From the NCBI RefSeq assembly GCF_025526975.1, contig NW_026515687.1, positions 1 through 64,000 on the forward strand: 64,000 bases of DNA, in the 5' to 3' direction. The position numbers and the translations under genes are program-made. The stretch is from Fimicolochytrium jonesii. Lineage: Eukaryota. The notes under the pieces are model-generated. The model made no database searches. It saw only the letters and a program-made list of their open reading frames with translations, and was not told the origin of the DNA. Below, piece after piece: positions 35,431-48,686 of the stretch (position 1 is the stretch's first letter; every line of letters begins with the position of its first letter).

Positions 35431-37235
35431 TTAAGTGTCGTCATATACAAGTGGGAAAGAATAACAAAGGTGCGTATGAACAATGATCTTGAACTGGACC
35501 ATTGGTTTCCCTAAGCGGATACTCACAGGAACCGCCACGAGAAGGCTATCCAGTATGGGTTCCCGCTTACAAACTGAAGACCCATACTGGATAGCCTTCT
35601 CGTGGCGGTTCCTGTGAGTATCCGCTTGGAAAAAGCGTTTCCGGTATAGCCGACGGATCACATCCTCTGTCGTCATGTTTGCCACAGTAGCTTTCTTTCC
35701 TAGCTGGGTGGCAACGTTTGTCCGAATTCGGTTCATGGCAGCTCATGAGTCTGTTGACAGTATGCGAATACCAACGAACACCAACGAACGGCAGTCCGTG
35801 ATGGCCTGCAGTAAGAACCTTCAGGTCACTTGCGGAAGTAACGCATTCGGCATACAGCTTTCCTGCAGATGTGATGCGAGGGGTAGACAGCTTGGTCCCA
35901 TCACTTTCCGTATTTTCTTTTTTCCCCGTAGTCTCTCTGCACCCTCATTTCTGGAATCCACATCAGACTCGGCTGAAGATTCTGCACCAGATTCCTCACA
36001 TCGCCGCCGTCTGCCGCCAATCAGAGAGTACCGAGAACCTAGTCCTTCGCGTGCATTTCTTTCCCGTGTGCTTTGTGCCTCCCTTACTGCATCCGCGTAT
36101 CGTCGTTCCCCATTGCTCAGGGTATCAATATCTCGGTGGCGCAAGTTGAGCAGCTTCGTGAAAAGCTACAGCGCATCAGCGAGGGTGAAGCAAATGGCAC
36201 CATTGGTCTCTCTAAGGAATATCAACTGCACCGGGATATCGGCGTCCCCGACAACCTGGCGAATGGTGCTGACAGCGTGCCATCCCATCGCAACATGTAG
36301 CTTGGGTCCTCCGGAGTTGTTTGGCCATAGTCTTCTCCTTCACCTTTTCCTTCTCGTTTTCCTTTTCCTTCTCCTGAGTTCTTGCTGGCGTAGCGAGCGG
36401 TCGACCGAGCGTCTTCTCATATATGACTTTTGCCATCTGAGCCTCGATAACCGTCTGTGCGCTGATTTTGGCTTGCTGTTCATTCCAGTGCAAACCCTCG
36501 GATAGGTGCCAAAGGATCAAGGTACATAGATCTTCGCGTTCGGAAATCGAAATCTGCTTCATCTGCTTCTTCAATGTCCAAGATTCAACCACCCAGGAGT
36601 ATCGGTCACCAGCATCAGAAATGGGGCATTCAACTGCTTATTCTCCATTTCCCTTACATCAGTGCCCCGCTTCAAAGGTGCTGCCGCAGATGATGCCGAT
36701 GGCGCGGCACTATCATCGGACACGGTCTCCACGCCATCGTCTCCACCACCATCAGCTGTTCTGGTCGAGGGCTTGTGTTTGCGTCTGTGCCTATTCAGTT
36801 TGCTTTTTCCAGTGGTAATGTCAATTCCTGCTTCTGTGGTCGTGCGGTCTCCTCTCTTCTTCCTGGCCCAGGGTCTGCGCTTCTTTTGCTTCTCCTTTCC
36901 AGCACCTAGGGGGTGGTAGAGGAGGTGAGTACGTGCACTGAGGGTTAGGGGTAGACGGAGAGGACCACACATCTTCCACTTACATCATTGCTGGGGCCAC
37001 CTCCCCCTCGCTGCTTGTAACATCCTCACTGGACTCTGATCCTTCATTTTGCAGGCGACAGCGTTTGCCAAGAGCAGCGTTGCCATCAGTTGTGTCGGAT
37101 GGAATCAAGATTGTACCAGACCCCTTGCAGCCGACGGAACGCAATCCAATGAGTGTGGACTTGCTCGCTCTCACTCTGCCCACTCCCGTCCCAGCTCACA
37201 TCCTCGCTGTCAATCTCCCAAAGCCCATCATTCAT
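35431..37235 (-). pseudogene. Fragmented orphan gene / pseudogene with a Josephin-like catalytic fragment
   Basis: Chain of same-strand ORFs in different frames with an intron-like gtaagt...ctag; HWIAFRRLQGVWYNLDS at 37101-37151; frames cannot be joined cleanly. Confidence 0.35.
35513..35627. repeat. Perfect 48-bp inverted repeat with 19-nt spacer (long hairpin)
   Basis: 35513-35560 is the exact reverse complement of 35580-35627. Confidence 0.95.
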
Positions 37236-37405
37236 AGTCACGCCCCTGTTTTGCGCGTCGCTTACGCGTGAGCGAACTAAGCAACTCCGCATGCAGTTGA
37301 CAAGTGGACAACCGCTGAACCCTGCATTCAGCGCGAACTGTCAAAAAGCTGCTAGGGGTTCGAAGTTCACAATTTCCGTCCTTACATTAGGTCCACTGGT
37401 GGAGG

Positions 37406-40400
37406 ATGTCGCTACCTCCAAGTCAACAGGAGATCCTGGAAGGTGCAGGGCAATTGAGTATTGCTACGTTTGTTTCGACTTTAGCTTTTACCAGTGGGAC
37501 AGCTGTAGGTGCCCTTTAGCGTAGCCGTAGCTTTGCAATATTTAGAGATACTGATAGTGCGTTACAGCTGGGGTTCTATTGCGCTTTCTTTTTTCTCCGA
37601 AGCCGTGCGCCGCTGGTTTATTCCCCACGATCAGCCGTCGTCCCGGAAGAGTATGTTCAATTTGTAGTTTTTGCACAGGTTTCAGGTTTCTGATGTATGC
37701 ACAATCATGTAGAAAGCGAGCCCCACAAAGTTCGGGCTATACTCTCCTAAAATCATGTCTATGGGTGCCCGAAGAGGAGCTCATCCGACAGTGCGGCCAG
37801 GACGCCTTCGCGGTGATCTACTACATGCGGCAGATGCTGATCTTTTTTGCAACGCTCGGAGGTGTTGCTATCGTTACCCTGTTTCCATTGCATCAAACGG
37901 GGGGGCAGAATTTGTTGGGACTGGACTCGTTGACTTTGGCAAACATTGGGCCTGCCGAGACCAAGAGGCTTTGGGCTCATCTGTTGATCAGCTGGATATA
38001 TGGTGGTACGTAATAGACAAAATATGATGAGTACTCGAAAGAAAACTTGATCATCGCTTTCATTTAACAGTCTCTTGTATGAGAGTCATAAGGAGACTAC
38101 TTCAAAAGGCGACTTCGCTGCGTCACTCTTTCCTTCTGAGTGAGGAGAATCGGAGGTCGCTAGATGGATACACCCTTCTCATTCGTGATGTTCGTATGTG
38201 ATTCAGCCCATGAGCCCCATTTCAACCTATTCACCCTCATCACATTTCCAGATACCAAAGCATCTCCGTGACCCACATAAGCTGTTCATTCTTATGGACC
38301 GCATCCAGCCAGGCTGCGTCGAAGATGTCGTAGTGAGCACACCCAGCCGGCGACTGGATCGGTACGCATCTCAGAAGATATCCGTCCGCAACGCAATAGA
38401 GAGCGAAATCACCGCATATTTGAGAAATGCGGCGTATCGCAAACCTGCGAAGAGGAGAAGGAGTGTTTCGCCTGTGGGATCCCGGTTGAGATTTAAGAAG
38501 GCGACGAGGGAGATGGAAGAGGTTGATAATAGTGGAGTACGCCGCATCTTTGCAATGCAGCTTCTTCCTCAGAAGTGACCAGGCTGACAGGTTTTGCTTT
38601 AGGATCTACGAGGGCGAACGCAGTTCACCTTGCCACACCCAGCGACATCCTCGTCCATGAACTTCCATGGAAAAAGAGAGGACACGACACATTCGCCAAG
38701 CGGGGAAATCGGGGCGGGCACGGCACGAAGGGATTTCTCCGCCGATACAAATCATGGAATGGACGTAGATCCTTCAGATAAGGGTCATCTTGAATTGCCC
38801 AACGTCGAAATCGACGTGGAGGATGGGCAACATCATTTTGTGGATCACGTTCTTTCAGGAAACTTCCAAACGTCAGCACACATCCCCATGTCCCACGACA
38901 CAATGGCGGGAGACGGCGGTTCCCAAGACAACGTCGGCCCATCCACCTCATCCCTCAACCTCCCCGAACCCACCCCACTAGCTCCTAAAACCGCCAAACG
39001 CCCCATCCACCGCTCCTATTACTTCGTCGGCCACCAATCTGACGCGATCGCAGACAATCTCATCCAACTCCGTAAATTGATTGAGAAGACCGAACGCAAG
39101 CGCACCAAAATCGTGTCAAACCCCACTCGGCAACAAGGTGCAGCGTTCATTGTTTTCAAAGACATTTTCTCCCCGCATGTAGCGGCCCTAGTCAATCTGG
39201 ACCCGCGGCCGAGCTTGATGGCGGATCGCCAGACGTGTGTGAACCCCGACGATATCATTTGGGAGAATTTGGATATGGAGTATGGAATGAGGAAGGCGAG
39301 GACGATGGTTGCTACGGCTTGTATTGTCGGCCTGACTTTGGCTTGGGCATCGATGAGTAGGTCCTTGCCATTTGGCCGTTGCGGGTGCAGAAGAGAAATA
39401 GCTGATCCGTCTGATGCCGCTCTCTGCAGTGACGGTGATTTCGTCATTTGCGACACTGGATCGTGCTATTCAGGTATGCCATATATGCCACAAATATCCA
39501 GACCATGTCTCGGAAATTGATTCTCATTCGCTTTCGTGATAGTACCTGCCTTTCCTGAAGGTCTTCGACGACCTCGATCCGGCAACCAGGGGCGTTGTAC
39601 AGGGAATACTGCCAACTTTGGCTGTATCGCTTCTGTTTATGCTCGTCCCTTTCATTGTGCGAAGTAGGTTTATCCCGGATGTTTTGCCACAGGCTTCGAC
39701 GAACCATACTTACGGAGCAAATTTGGAACCTTTTTCAGGACTGTCACACTTTGCAGGCCATCCTACGCAGTCCAGTATAGAGCGCACCCTCCTTACGTTC
39801 TATCACGGCTTTCTGGTAAGTTGCGAGCCAGGTTAGCACCCATCTCTGCCGGCGCCTCATAGGTAATATTCCCCTCAATGATAGGTCTTCAACATCCTTC
39901 TCGTAATCACAATCTCCGGCTCACTCGTCACAGCCCTCAAGAACATCATCGACAACCCTCAGCGGATCCTCAGCATCCTCGCCACATCCATACCCACCGT
40001 CTCTAACTTTTATGTGAATTACGTGATGTTGCTCGCGCTCAACGGTCCCGCCGGAGAAGTTCTACAGCTTTCAAATTTGTTACTCAAGCCGATCATGTTG
40101 AGGCTGTTTGGCAGTACGCCGAGGAGCATTTTAGGGTATTCGAGGCCGGGGTTCTTTTTGCCTGGGTATGCCATACTTGCACATAAAAGCTGGACGGACG
40201 GATTACTTGCTGAAGATAGCTTTTCCTTGACTACAGGACGACACTGGCGAGCCATTCATTGATTGCAACAATAGGCTTGACATATTGCACAGTCGCGCCC
40301 CTCATTGTCGTTTTCGTTGTTCTGTACTTTGGGCTCTATCAAGTTGCTTATTCGTACCAAATGCGGTGAGTAGTTTCTTTTTCCACCTGCCTCTCCCGAT

Positions 40401-41435
40401 GTCACACAACCTGATCTCCTTCTCGTATGATATAGTTATGTATACCAACATTTGGCTCAGACCGGCGGGCTGTACCTGAACACTCTTGCCCGACAACTCT
40501 TCGTCGGCCTTTACATCCATCAACTAGTCCTGATCGGACTTTTCCTGCTCAAGAAAGCCTACCCGCAAGCCCTAATCATGCTAATAATGCTGAATGTTAC
40601 CTTTCTCTACCACAAGCACACACGGCTATACACAACACTGATGATGGCCGTGCCCGCCCGCGCCGTTGTCCAGATGGAAGCTAAGCTCGGCGCCACCGCA
40701 TCTAGCCGGTCGAGAACCGCAACGGCTACGACGACAGATCATAGCGACGCTGACGCTGCGAGACGAATGAGTGGATGGGATAAGGAGTCTAGTTCTGATA
40801 TTTTGGATGCGGCGCAGGCCATTCTGATGGAGAAGAGTCGACCGATCTGGGATAAGACCGTTGCGCTCGTCGGTGGAATTCCGACACTGATACCGACGTT
40901 GGGGAGAAACAACCCGAAAGACCACGCAGATGCAGCGGACGTGGAGGCGGGGACGAAAGTACCTACTGATGTTGTGAAAACCCCACGCGCTCCCCCTGCA
41001 GATATGTTTGAGCCACGGGAAGAAGCACATCCGCCAGGGAAGGAAGTAGCCTCAGATATCCCACAAGCAAGCGCATCAGGGCATCCAGGCCACGACTTCG
41101 ATGATTCCGACTCCGACGACGAAGATTCCACCGCCGACTCCAACGACCCTGTGGGCTCCCACGCCGAGATGCCAGCAGCCAACATCAAACGCAAATACCT
41201 CGGCCCTGCCGACTATCGCGAACGGCTTTCACCTCCTTCTGCACGCTTGGCGCCGTGTATGATCTGGGTGCCTCATGACATGTATGAAATTGCCAATACC
41301 GCGATCGCTGCCGAAATCAATGAAGCTCTGGGCAGCAAAGTACGGTTTGTATGCGACTGGGCAAAGTTGGACAGCAAGGGACATATCGTTGTGGATTTGG
41401 AGCTAGCCTGTGATCATATTAGGGTTGAGACTTGA
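37406..41435 (+). CDS. OSCA/TMEM63/CSC1 (Rsn1/Phm7-type) mechanosensitive cation channel; many exons
   Basis: EELIRQCGQDAF..I.Y, LTLANI, RLWAHL, AAFIVF, P.DIIWENL, QGILPTLA, NFYVNYVML, TGGLY...QLFVGLYIHQLVLIGLF, IWVPHD. Confidence 0.92.
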
Positions 41436-41761
41436 AGATATTTCGGACTACGGAGGATATTCTGCACATTTTTGTATTTTTGTGTCTGCGTTGTGTGTTG
41501 TGCTTGTATTGTATTCATGTCGAACTCCATGCGCATCTTTGGGACGTCTGGGCCTGGGCCACATCAAGATCGAAAGAAGATCGTGTTATTCTATACAAGA
41601 AGCTAATATCCACGAGACAACAGACGCGGTGCCAGCTAGATGGTATTCAATATCCGACTCTAGAAACGGAGCGGTCAGGAGCGCTAGAAAGAACAAGAGG
41701 ATAAGGCCGGGTGCTCAAGGATGGTCATAAGAACTTTGGTACTAACCGTGGGCACATGCCA

Positions 41762-42364
41762 TTACTGAGGGGTATCCTTTGGTGGTCCAGACAACTTGAA
41801 AGGCATAGCTGGGGTACCCCGCACTTCCTTCATCAGATCCAGGTATTGTTGTGCAAGGTGTCGGCAGTTCTGTAAGTGGTTGACGCCCTCCCGCCTGTAG
41901 CACCATCGCATCTTGTCCCGCACGACGTGCACTTCTTGGAATCGCACCATCTGCTCCTTGAAGAATTCATCTCTCGACCGCAAGACTGCTGCCCTGTCTG
42001 CAAAGTGGCGATATAAATACTGGTCAGGAACCTGTCCATGTGCCCCATAAATTGCCCAACGTATTCGTGCCGTCCGGCGCACTTTCGCACGTTCGTTCCA
42101 AGCCCACATCTTCATACGGAAACTCCGTCTTTCCCACGCTCCCGCATCCTCTGCTCGCAGCTTGCGTCTTCCACGGCAAACCCGTTCGTGCTACAACAAC
42201 TCACCATAGACATCGAGGTCTGGGTCAATAACCGCCAGAGGCGACACCTGAGTTATCCAGCGTGAGTAAAATTATGCGAACGAGAAACAAACGACAGACA
42301 GCGTGGATTCCTGCCGCGGCTTGCCTCCTCACGCACGTACCGGTATAGTTTGTGGGACAGCCAT
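41762..42364 (-). CDS. NDUFB10: Complex I subunit NDUFB10 (PDSW/NIDM)
   Basis: RDEFFKEQMVR...VRDKMRWCYRREGVNHLQNCRHLAQQYL; 3 exons. Confidence 0.9.
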
Positions 42365-42718
42365 GGTGTGTGTGTGTGTGTGTTGTTCGTTGGGAATTCA
42401 GGATTGCCGTCTATTGCCAACTTCAAGTTCCCACACGACTCGGTCGGTGTTGCTTCACTCCCCACGCAAGTCTTCAGCAAGCGTGTTCTTCTGTTCTGGT
42501 GGTCACGCTTACGTAAACGCTGTGCTTGCTTGTCTCGCCGGTTCTCTTCTACGTAGCTCCGAAAGCAGTTGGCATTCGCAAATTTCACCAAAGGAATAGC
42601 CTTGTAGTCTCAACGCCCCGAACAGAAAGAACAAAAGCCACTTACTACTTCGTCTCGAGGTCAGGGCAGCCACGACTGCATACTCGACCGTACCCGCTGC
42701 AAATCCGGTTTTGGAACA

Positions 42719-45700
42719 ATGGCCGAGAAAGTGAGCAAAAAGGAGAGGAAGGAACGGAAGGAGAAAAAGGAAAAGCAAAGTAAAGGAAAGGAAACGGAAG
42801 AGACTCCAAAACCAGCACAGGAAAAGGATGCTGTGAAAGAGGTTCGAGTTGCGGCTACCGAGACGGTGTCCGCGGTGACGAAGAACCCCACCGACACAGA
42901 GGCTGCAAAGTCTTCCGACGACGCAGCCGTTACAAAAAAGACTGAGAAGGAGGGAGCATCGTCGGGCAGGTCCCGCACTACCCTTTTCGTGTCAACAATC
43001 CCATATCATGCCACCTCCGAGCAGTTGCAAGAGTTCTTCTCCGAAATCGGACCGGTGCGGTCATGTTTCGTAGTCGCGGACAGCAAAGCCGAGCCTGGGA
43101 AGCCAAGAAACAGGGGTTATGGATACGTTTCCTACGCCCTTCCGGAAGATGCCGATCGTGCGTTGAAGGATCTGAAGAAGACCAAGTTTTTGGATATGCG
43201 TGTGCTGAAGATCGATTTTGCCATGACGAAGAAGGTCATTGAGGATAGAAAGGCCAACGGTCTCCCTTTAAACGACGATGCGGAAAGGCAAAAGGCGCGG
43301 AAGGAAAAGATGCAGAAACAGAAGCCTGTTGTCGAACCTGCCGCCGATGGTGACGCCGCACCCGTCGCTTTCAATGCTCCACGCACCCCGAAGATACATC
43401 AGCGAATTTCGAAGAACATAATCGTGGAGATCACGGGCCTGCCCGCGGACATCACACAGAAACACGTTTACAAAAAGGCTCGCAAATTCGGAGACGTCTC
43501 CCAGGTGATATATCCTGTATCGAAGCGAGGCGAGATACTTGCTGGAACCGCACACGCCGTTTACAGCACACCAGCAGAGGCCGACAATGCTGTCAAACAC
43601 CTGGACGGACACCAGTTCAAGGGTGCAGAAATCCGAGCGAAAACGGTGGTGGACGAGTCGAAGATTGCGAAACAAGCTCGTCTGATTGTTCGTAACCTGC
43701 CATGGCAGTGCAACGAGCAGCACCTGCGGAAATTGTTCGGCAAACATGGAACCATCGTTGATATCCTGATCCCTCCAGCGGTCAACGGCAAAGCTCGTGG
43801 TTTTGGGTTCGTTCAATTTGAGACCCAGGAAGAGGCCGCTCAAGCGATCGAGCAGGTTAACGGGGTCGAGCTCATGAAGCGTCTCGTCGCTGTGGATTGG
43901 GCTTTGTCAAAAGCGCAATTCGAAAAGGCCGTGCAGGAGGAGCAGCAGGAAGAAGGTGGCGATGCCGCAACTCCAGCTGCTACAGTTCAATCCGCGTCTG
44001 CCGATGCAGACGGTGACGACGACAATGACGACGAGGAGGAAGATGAGAAGCAATTCTACCTCGACACGATTGGATCGGATGCCGAGAACAGCGCCGACGA
44101 TGCGGAAGAGGGCGACAGCAATGAGGCTGATAGTGACGAGGAATCTGATGCGGGCGATGATGTGGAAGTTACGTTTGACGATGAAAAGAAGAAGGATGCT
44201 ACGCCTAAGCCATCCAAGCTGGCAGCCAATGTGCAAGACAACTGCACACTCTTCATTAGGAACCTGAACTTTGACACAACGGAGGAGGAGCTCTCTGAGG
44301 CGTAAGTGTTCATTTCGAAGCTGTTCCCATTTTTCTTGTCAGAACACAATACTGATTTGCTGTCCGTGAATGCCAGATTGTCGCATTTCGGTGAACTTCG
44401 CTACTCTCGTATCACAATGGATCGCGCCACCGGTCGTTCCCGTGGAACTGGGTTCGTTTGCTACAAGCGTAAAGAAGACGCAGAGACGTGCCTGGCAGAA
44501 CACGAGATCGCTCGGCGGGCGTCGGAGGCATTGCACGGTATAAACGCTGCCCCTGTAGATACCAAAGCCCAGAAACACAAAAAAACCTTGCGCCCACCAA
44601 GTCCATCTTGACCCCCGAGCCGTCCCTGACCGCCAAAGCGTCGCCATTCTTGGTCGGCGGCCGATTCCTGAACGTGACTCTGGCCGTGAACAGGAGCGAA
44701 GCGAACCAGCTAGCGGAAGACGGCAAGCTACGTCGTCGTGCAGATGACAGCCGCAACATGTACCTCATGCGCGAAGGTGTCATTTTCCCCGACACCGAGG
44801 CCGCCAAAACACTGACGCCATCGGAACTCTCCAAGCGCCAAACAAGCTTCGCCGAACGCAAACGCATCCTCACCACCAACCCCAACCTCTTCATCAGCCG
44901 CACCCGTCTCAGTGTCCGCAACCTGGGCCTGAAAATCGACGACAAGGAACTCAAACGCGTCGCTGGGATCGCCGTCCGCAAATTCTGGGACGACGTCAAG
45001 AAGGGGTTGAGGGAGGGTCTTGAGCCTGAGGTTATCAAAGAGGAAGAGAACGAAGGTCGCCCCGCACCCTCTGGATCTCGCAGGGCGGTGGTCACGCAAG
45101 CCAAGATCCTCCGCTCCAAAGACCGTATCGACGCCGCTACTAAGCAGCCCCGGTCAAAAGGATATGGGTTCATCGAGTTCGACTCCCACGCCGACGCATT
45201 GGCGTGCCTGAGGTGGATGAACAACAACCCGCGCGCGTTCAACCCCGCCCCCGCCAAAGCAGGCGCAGCGGACGCGACCCCAGCAGCAGCAGTAGACGAC
45301 GAAGAAGCTACCTCTGTCGCAAACAGCAGCGGCAAACGCCCCATCGTCGAGTTCGCGATCGAGAACAGACAAGTCATCAAACGCCGTGAGGAGCGTCAGG
45401 CGCAGTTTGGACGGAAGGATGATGGGAAGAAACGTGGGAGGGAGGATGGAGAGGATGGTGGTGCTGATGGCGGGCCGTTAAAGAAGAAGCGGTTTGGGGA
45501 GATTTGGAGGGATAGACGTATTGCTGCTAAGGAGAAGGGGAAACCGTTGGGGAAAAAGACCGATGGAGCAAGGCCGGCACAGAAATGGGTCAAGCCGGAT
45601 GGTGCGCAGCAGAAGTGGTCGAAACCCGATGGTAGCAAACCTGCGCCAGGAGGATGGAAGGATAACAACAAGAGCGCTAACGGAAAGCGGAAATGGGGCT

Positions 45701-46032
45701 CTGATGGAGGCGACAAGGTCACCGCCGTTGGCCAAAACAAGCGGGGCAAATTCGACAAATCGTTGGACGCCAAGCAGCCGCGACCATCACCAGCCGCCGC
45801 GCCCGCGCCCGCTAGGCCATCAGCAGCTGACGACCAAGCTAAAAAATCCAAGAAAGCCGCAAAAGCCGAAGCCAAGCTCTCAAAAGACCAGCGCGACGAC
45901 AAGAACTTTGACAACCTCGTGCAAAAGTATAAGAAGAACCTGTTTGGTGCCGGAGCGGGCACGAATGCGTCGGAGAAGAAACAGGCGGCTACTACTGCTG
46001 ATGATAAGAGTATCAAGCGGTGGTTTAGCTAG
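42719..46032 (+). CDS. NOP4: Nucleolar multi-RRM protein Nop4/RBM28 (apparent frameshift near 44580)
   Basis: Four RRMs (TLFVSTIP/RGYGYV, RLIVRNLP/RGFGFV, TLFIRNL/RGTGFV, RLSVRNL/KGYGFIEF), RNMYLMREG, RPIVEFAIEN; intron 44303-44377. Confidence 0.93.
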
Positions 46033-46358
46033 AATTTTTCAACTCGGCATTGGTAGACCTAGTCATATGTATCTAGCAATCAGTATATAGCATTGGGGGA
46101 CACCGGTGGAAAGCTCGGAGGGAGATCGATTCACGGAAGTATTTAAGAATGCATTTCATAATTATATTTACATAAGATACAAATGAAGTGTCCGACCGCC
46201 ATCAACGGCGGAAGTGGGAAAAGCGGGATGGGTTCTTTCGCGAAAGCGAGGATATATATTGCTGGTGTATAAGCGGTTCCATGACTGCCTTAAAGAAAAA
46301 GAGTCTTGAAGAGGTAGAGCCTTTGGTTGTCCCAACGTATGGGTATATTGGATGGGAT

Positions 46359-47782
46359 CTACGCCCAGCGACCAATCACAGCCATGAGGGCGGCACCGGC
46401 CCACAGGGAAAGGAACTGGACGAACTGTGCGCTGATCCGGGCGTGCTTGAAGTTCATGGACTGGAAGTGGGGCACGATGATGTTGGCGAGGCCGTCGTAG
46501 AGGAGGATTCCGGCGGAGAGGGCGTCGAGGACGCCGGTGGAGATGAGGGCGCGGGTTGCGTTTTCGTTGTCTGTAGGATTTATGGACGATCAGAACCAGA
46601 TATTCAAAAAAACTAAGATGAGAGGAGAGGATACTTACAACTTGAGTTGAGCGCGATGCCCAATGCGATTCCAATGGGCGTGGTGAAGCAGTAGAAGATG
46701 ACCATCCCGATTGCAAGGGTGCGCTTCTTGAGCTCTGCGTCCAAGACGACGGTGGAGAGGGCCAGGCCCTCGAAGAATTGGTGGAAGCAGAGTGCGATGA
46801 GGAGACTGTGGAACTCCTCTGGAAGAACATAGCAGGATGCGTTAGTACACACGTATTATCAAACAGCAATATGGAAGACGAGAGGCGGAGACGTACCTCT
46901 GGCGGCACCGAGCGTCAACCCGATGATGATAGAGTGCGACGCAATACCGAGCTCAAGAACGTACGTCGCGACAGTCTTCTCGGCATCCGCGAGCACCAAG
47001 CTATGGTGATGAGCGTCGTCAGCGTGAGCTTGAGAATGGCGATGGACAACATGGGGCTCCGCATCCGTAGACGACGATGCGCCCTCGCCGTTGATCCTAT
47101 CCTTATCTTGAACGAGTCCTTCCTCCAGCTGCTTGCCAGTGGATAGTGAAAGAGGCCCTTCGGTAGAAGTGGACACACTGCCCGAGTCGTTGTCGCCGTG
47201 GGCTTGCTCAGCGCGCATCTCATGATGGTGGTGTCGGTGGGTATGGGCGGCATGCACGGCCTTTGTTGCATGCTTCTTGCCATGGCGCTGGCGTAATATG
47301 GTTACAGCAGATACTTGAAGGAAATGGGTGAAGAAAATGCCAAAGAGGGCAATCGCGCCGGCCCAGGCGCCATAGTCTTGGAAGACTTGAGGGAGGCATG
47401 GGTTGGTGAGCTGCTCTTGGGCAGGCGTGAACATGTGAACGACAGCGGTGGCTAAGATGACACCGCTGCCGAAGAGTTTCAGACATTGGAAGGACAGGTT
47501 GCCAAGCTGCAAATGTGAAAGGAAAAGAAGAAATTAGGTAAGACAACTGACGACAGCATGGTGAACGGTCAACTGCTGGCAACCCACCTTGGCCGCAGAG
47601 AATCTTCGCCCGACGATGGGCAGGAGTGTTCCCATGAACGACAGCAACATGATGAGAAACATCGCGCCGATATGCCAGTGGAGGTCATAGTCCCCCGAGA
47701 GCTCTGCAGCACAAACTGGCTGCTCGGCGTCAGCGGGGGGAACGTCAGCTTGTGGGGGGGTAGCTTCGGGTTCGGCAGACAT
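46359..47782 (-). CDS. ZIP-family zinc/iron transporter (Zrt1/Zrt2-like)
   Basis: KLFGSGVILATAVVHM, His-rich loop, LELGIASHSIIIG, FHQFFEGLAL, TTPIGIALG, SAGILLY, MAVIGRWA; 4 exons. Confidence 0.95.
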
Positions 47783-48686
47783 TGTTATCTTGGAAGAGAG
47801 GCGCGAGTCCTCTGCGTGAAAAGACCTTGTTTGTGTGTGAACACCTCTGACGTTCGTTGCAGCTTCTGTATACAATGGGGCGAACCAACGGTGAGTATAT
47901 TCCTTCCGTCTCGAGGCGGGGTATCTGAGCACCTCTCTGACCCTACCTTATGCTCAACGAGTGGTTCAGAACCGACGATCAGGCGGCAACTACTGATGGG
48001 CCGCTTTTCTGAACGGCGAAGAATCAGGGCCACAGACAGAAAACAAGACACGGGGCGGCGAGGCTTGCAACTGTTCGTCGTGGGTATAGAGGGTGGATAG
48101 GACGGAGGGGTATGCGGGAGAGAATAGCGGGAGGGGGAACCGAGAAGGTAGCGGGATCCTTTTGTAGCAAGGACGGGAGGGGAGAGCGAGCGAGGGGGGG
48201 GGGGGGGGTCCCTCCGAGGTCCTCGCAACTGATGGGGTACTCGCCGCCCTCTCTCTCTCTCTCTGTGTCGGTTGTGTTCGCCGTGCGATTGATTGGTGGG
48301 GAATTCATCCGCCGCCCGCTGCAGATCTGCAATTGCGCCATCGCCCCCACAAACCACAAACTCAAAGTCACGTGGGGTCTCGTGGCTGTCTTCTGGATAT
48401 TTTGCGAGTCGAGCGAAAAAAGAAGAGCAGCAACAAGCGAACAAGCTTGCACCTACAGGAATTTGTTATTGTTACTATTGTTATCAGCTGCTGGACCCTG
48501 GTCCCTCACTCGAACTAGCACAACGATGGCTGGCCCCAACCCACAGGTAGCTCCTTCTCGTCGGGGGAGCAGCAGCGCAGAACAAAGGCTTCCAAACAAC
48601 TGGCCGCCAAATCACCTCGAAAACGGCATTCCGGTCTTCGCATAGCGCACTTTTGGTTCGAAAACAATTCCTTCTCGCGGACAGCA

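Noticed and set aside
36941..36954. AGGGTTAGGGGTAG telomere-like word
   Set aside because: Only one full unit, and it coincides with a CTAAC intron branch site on the minus strand.
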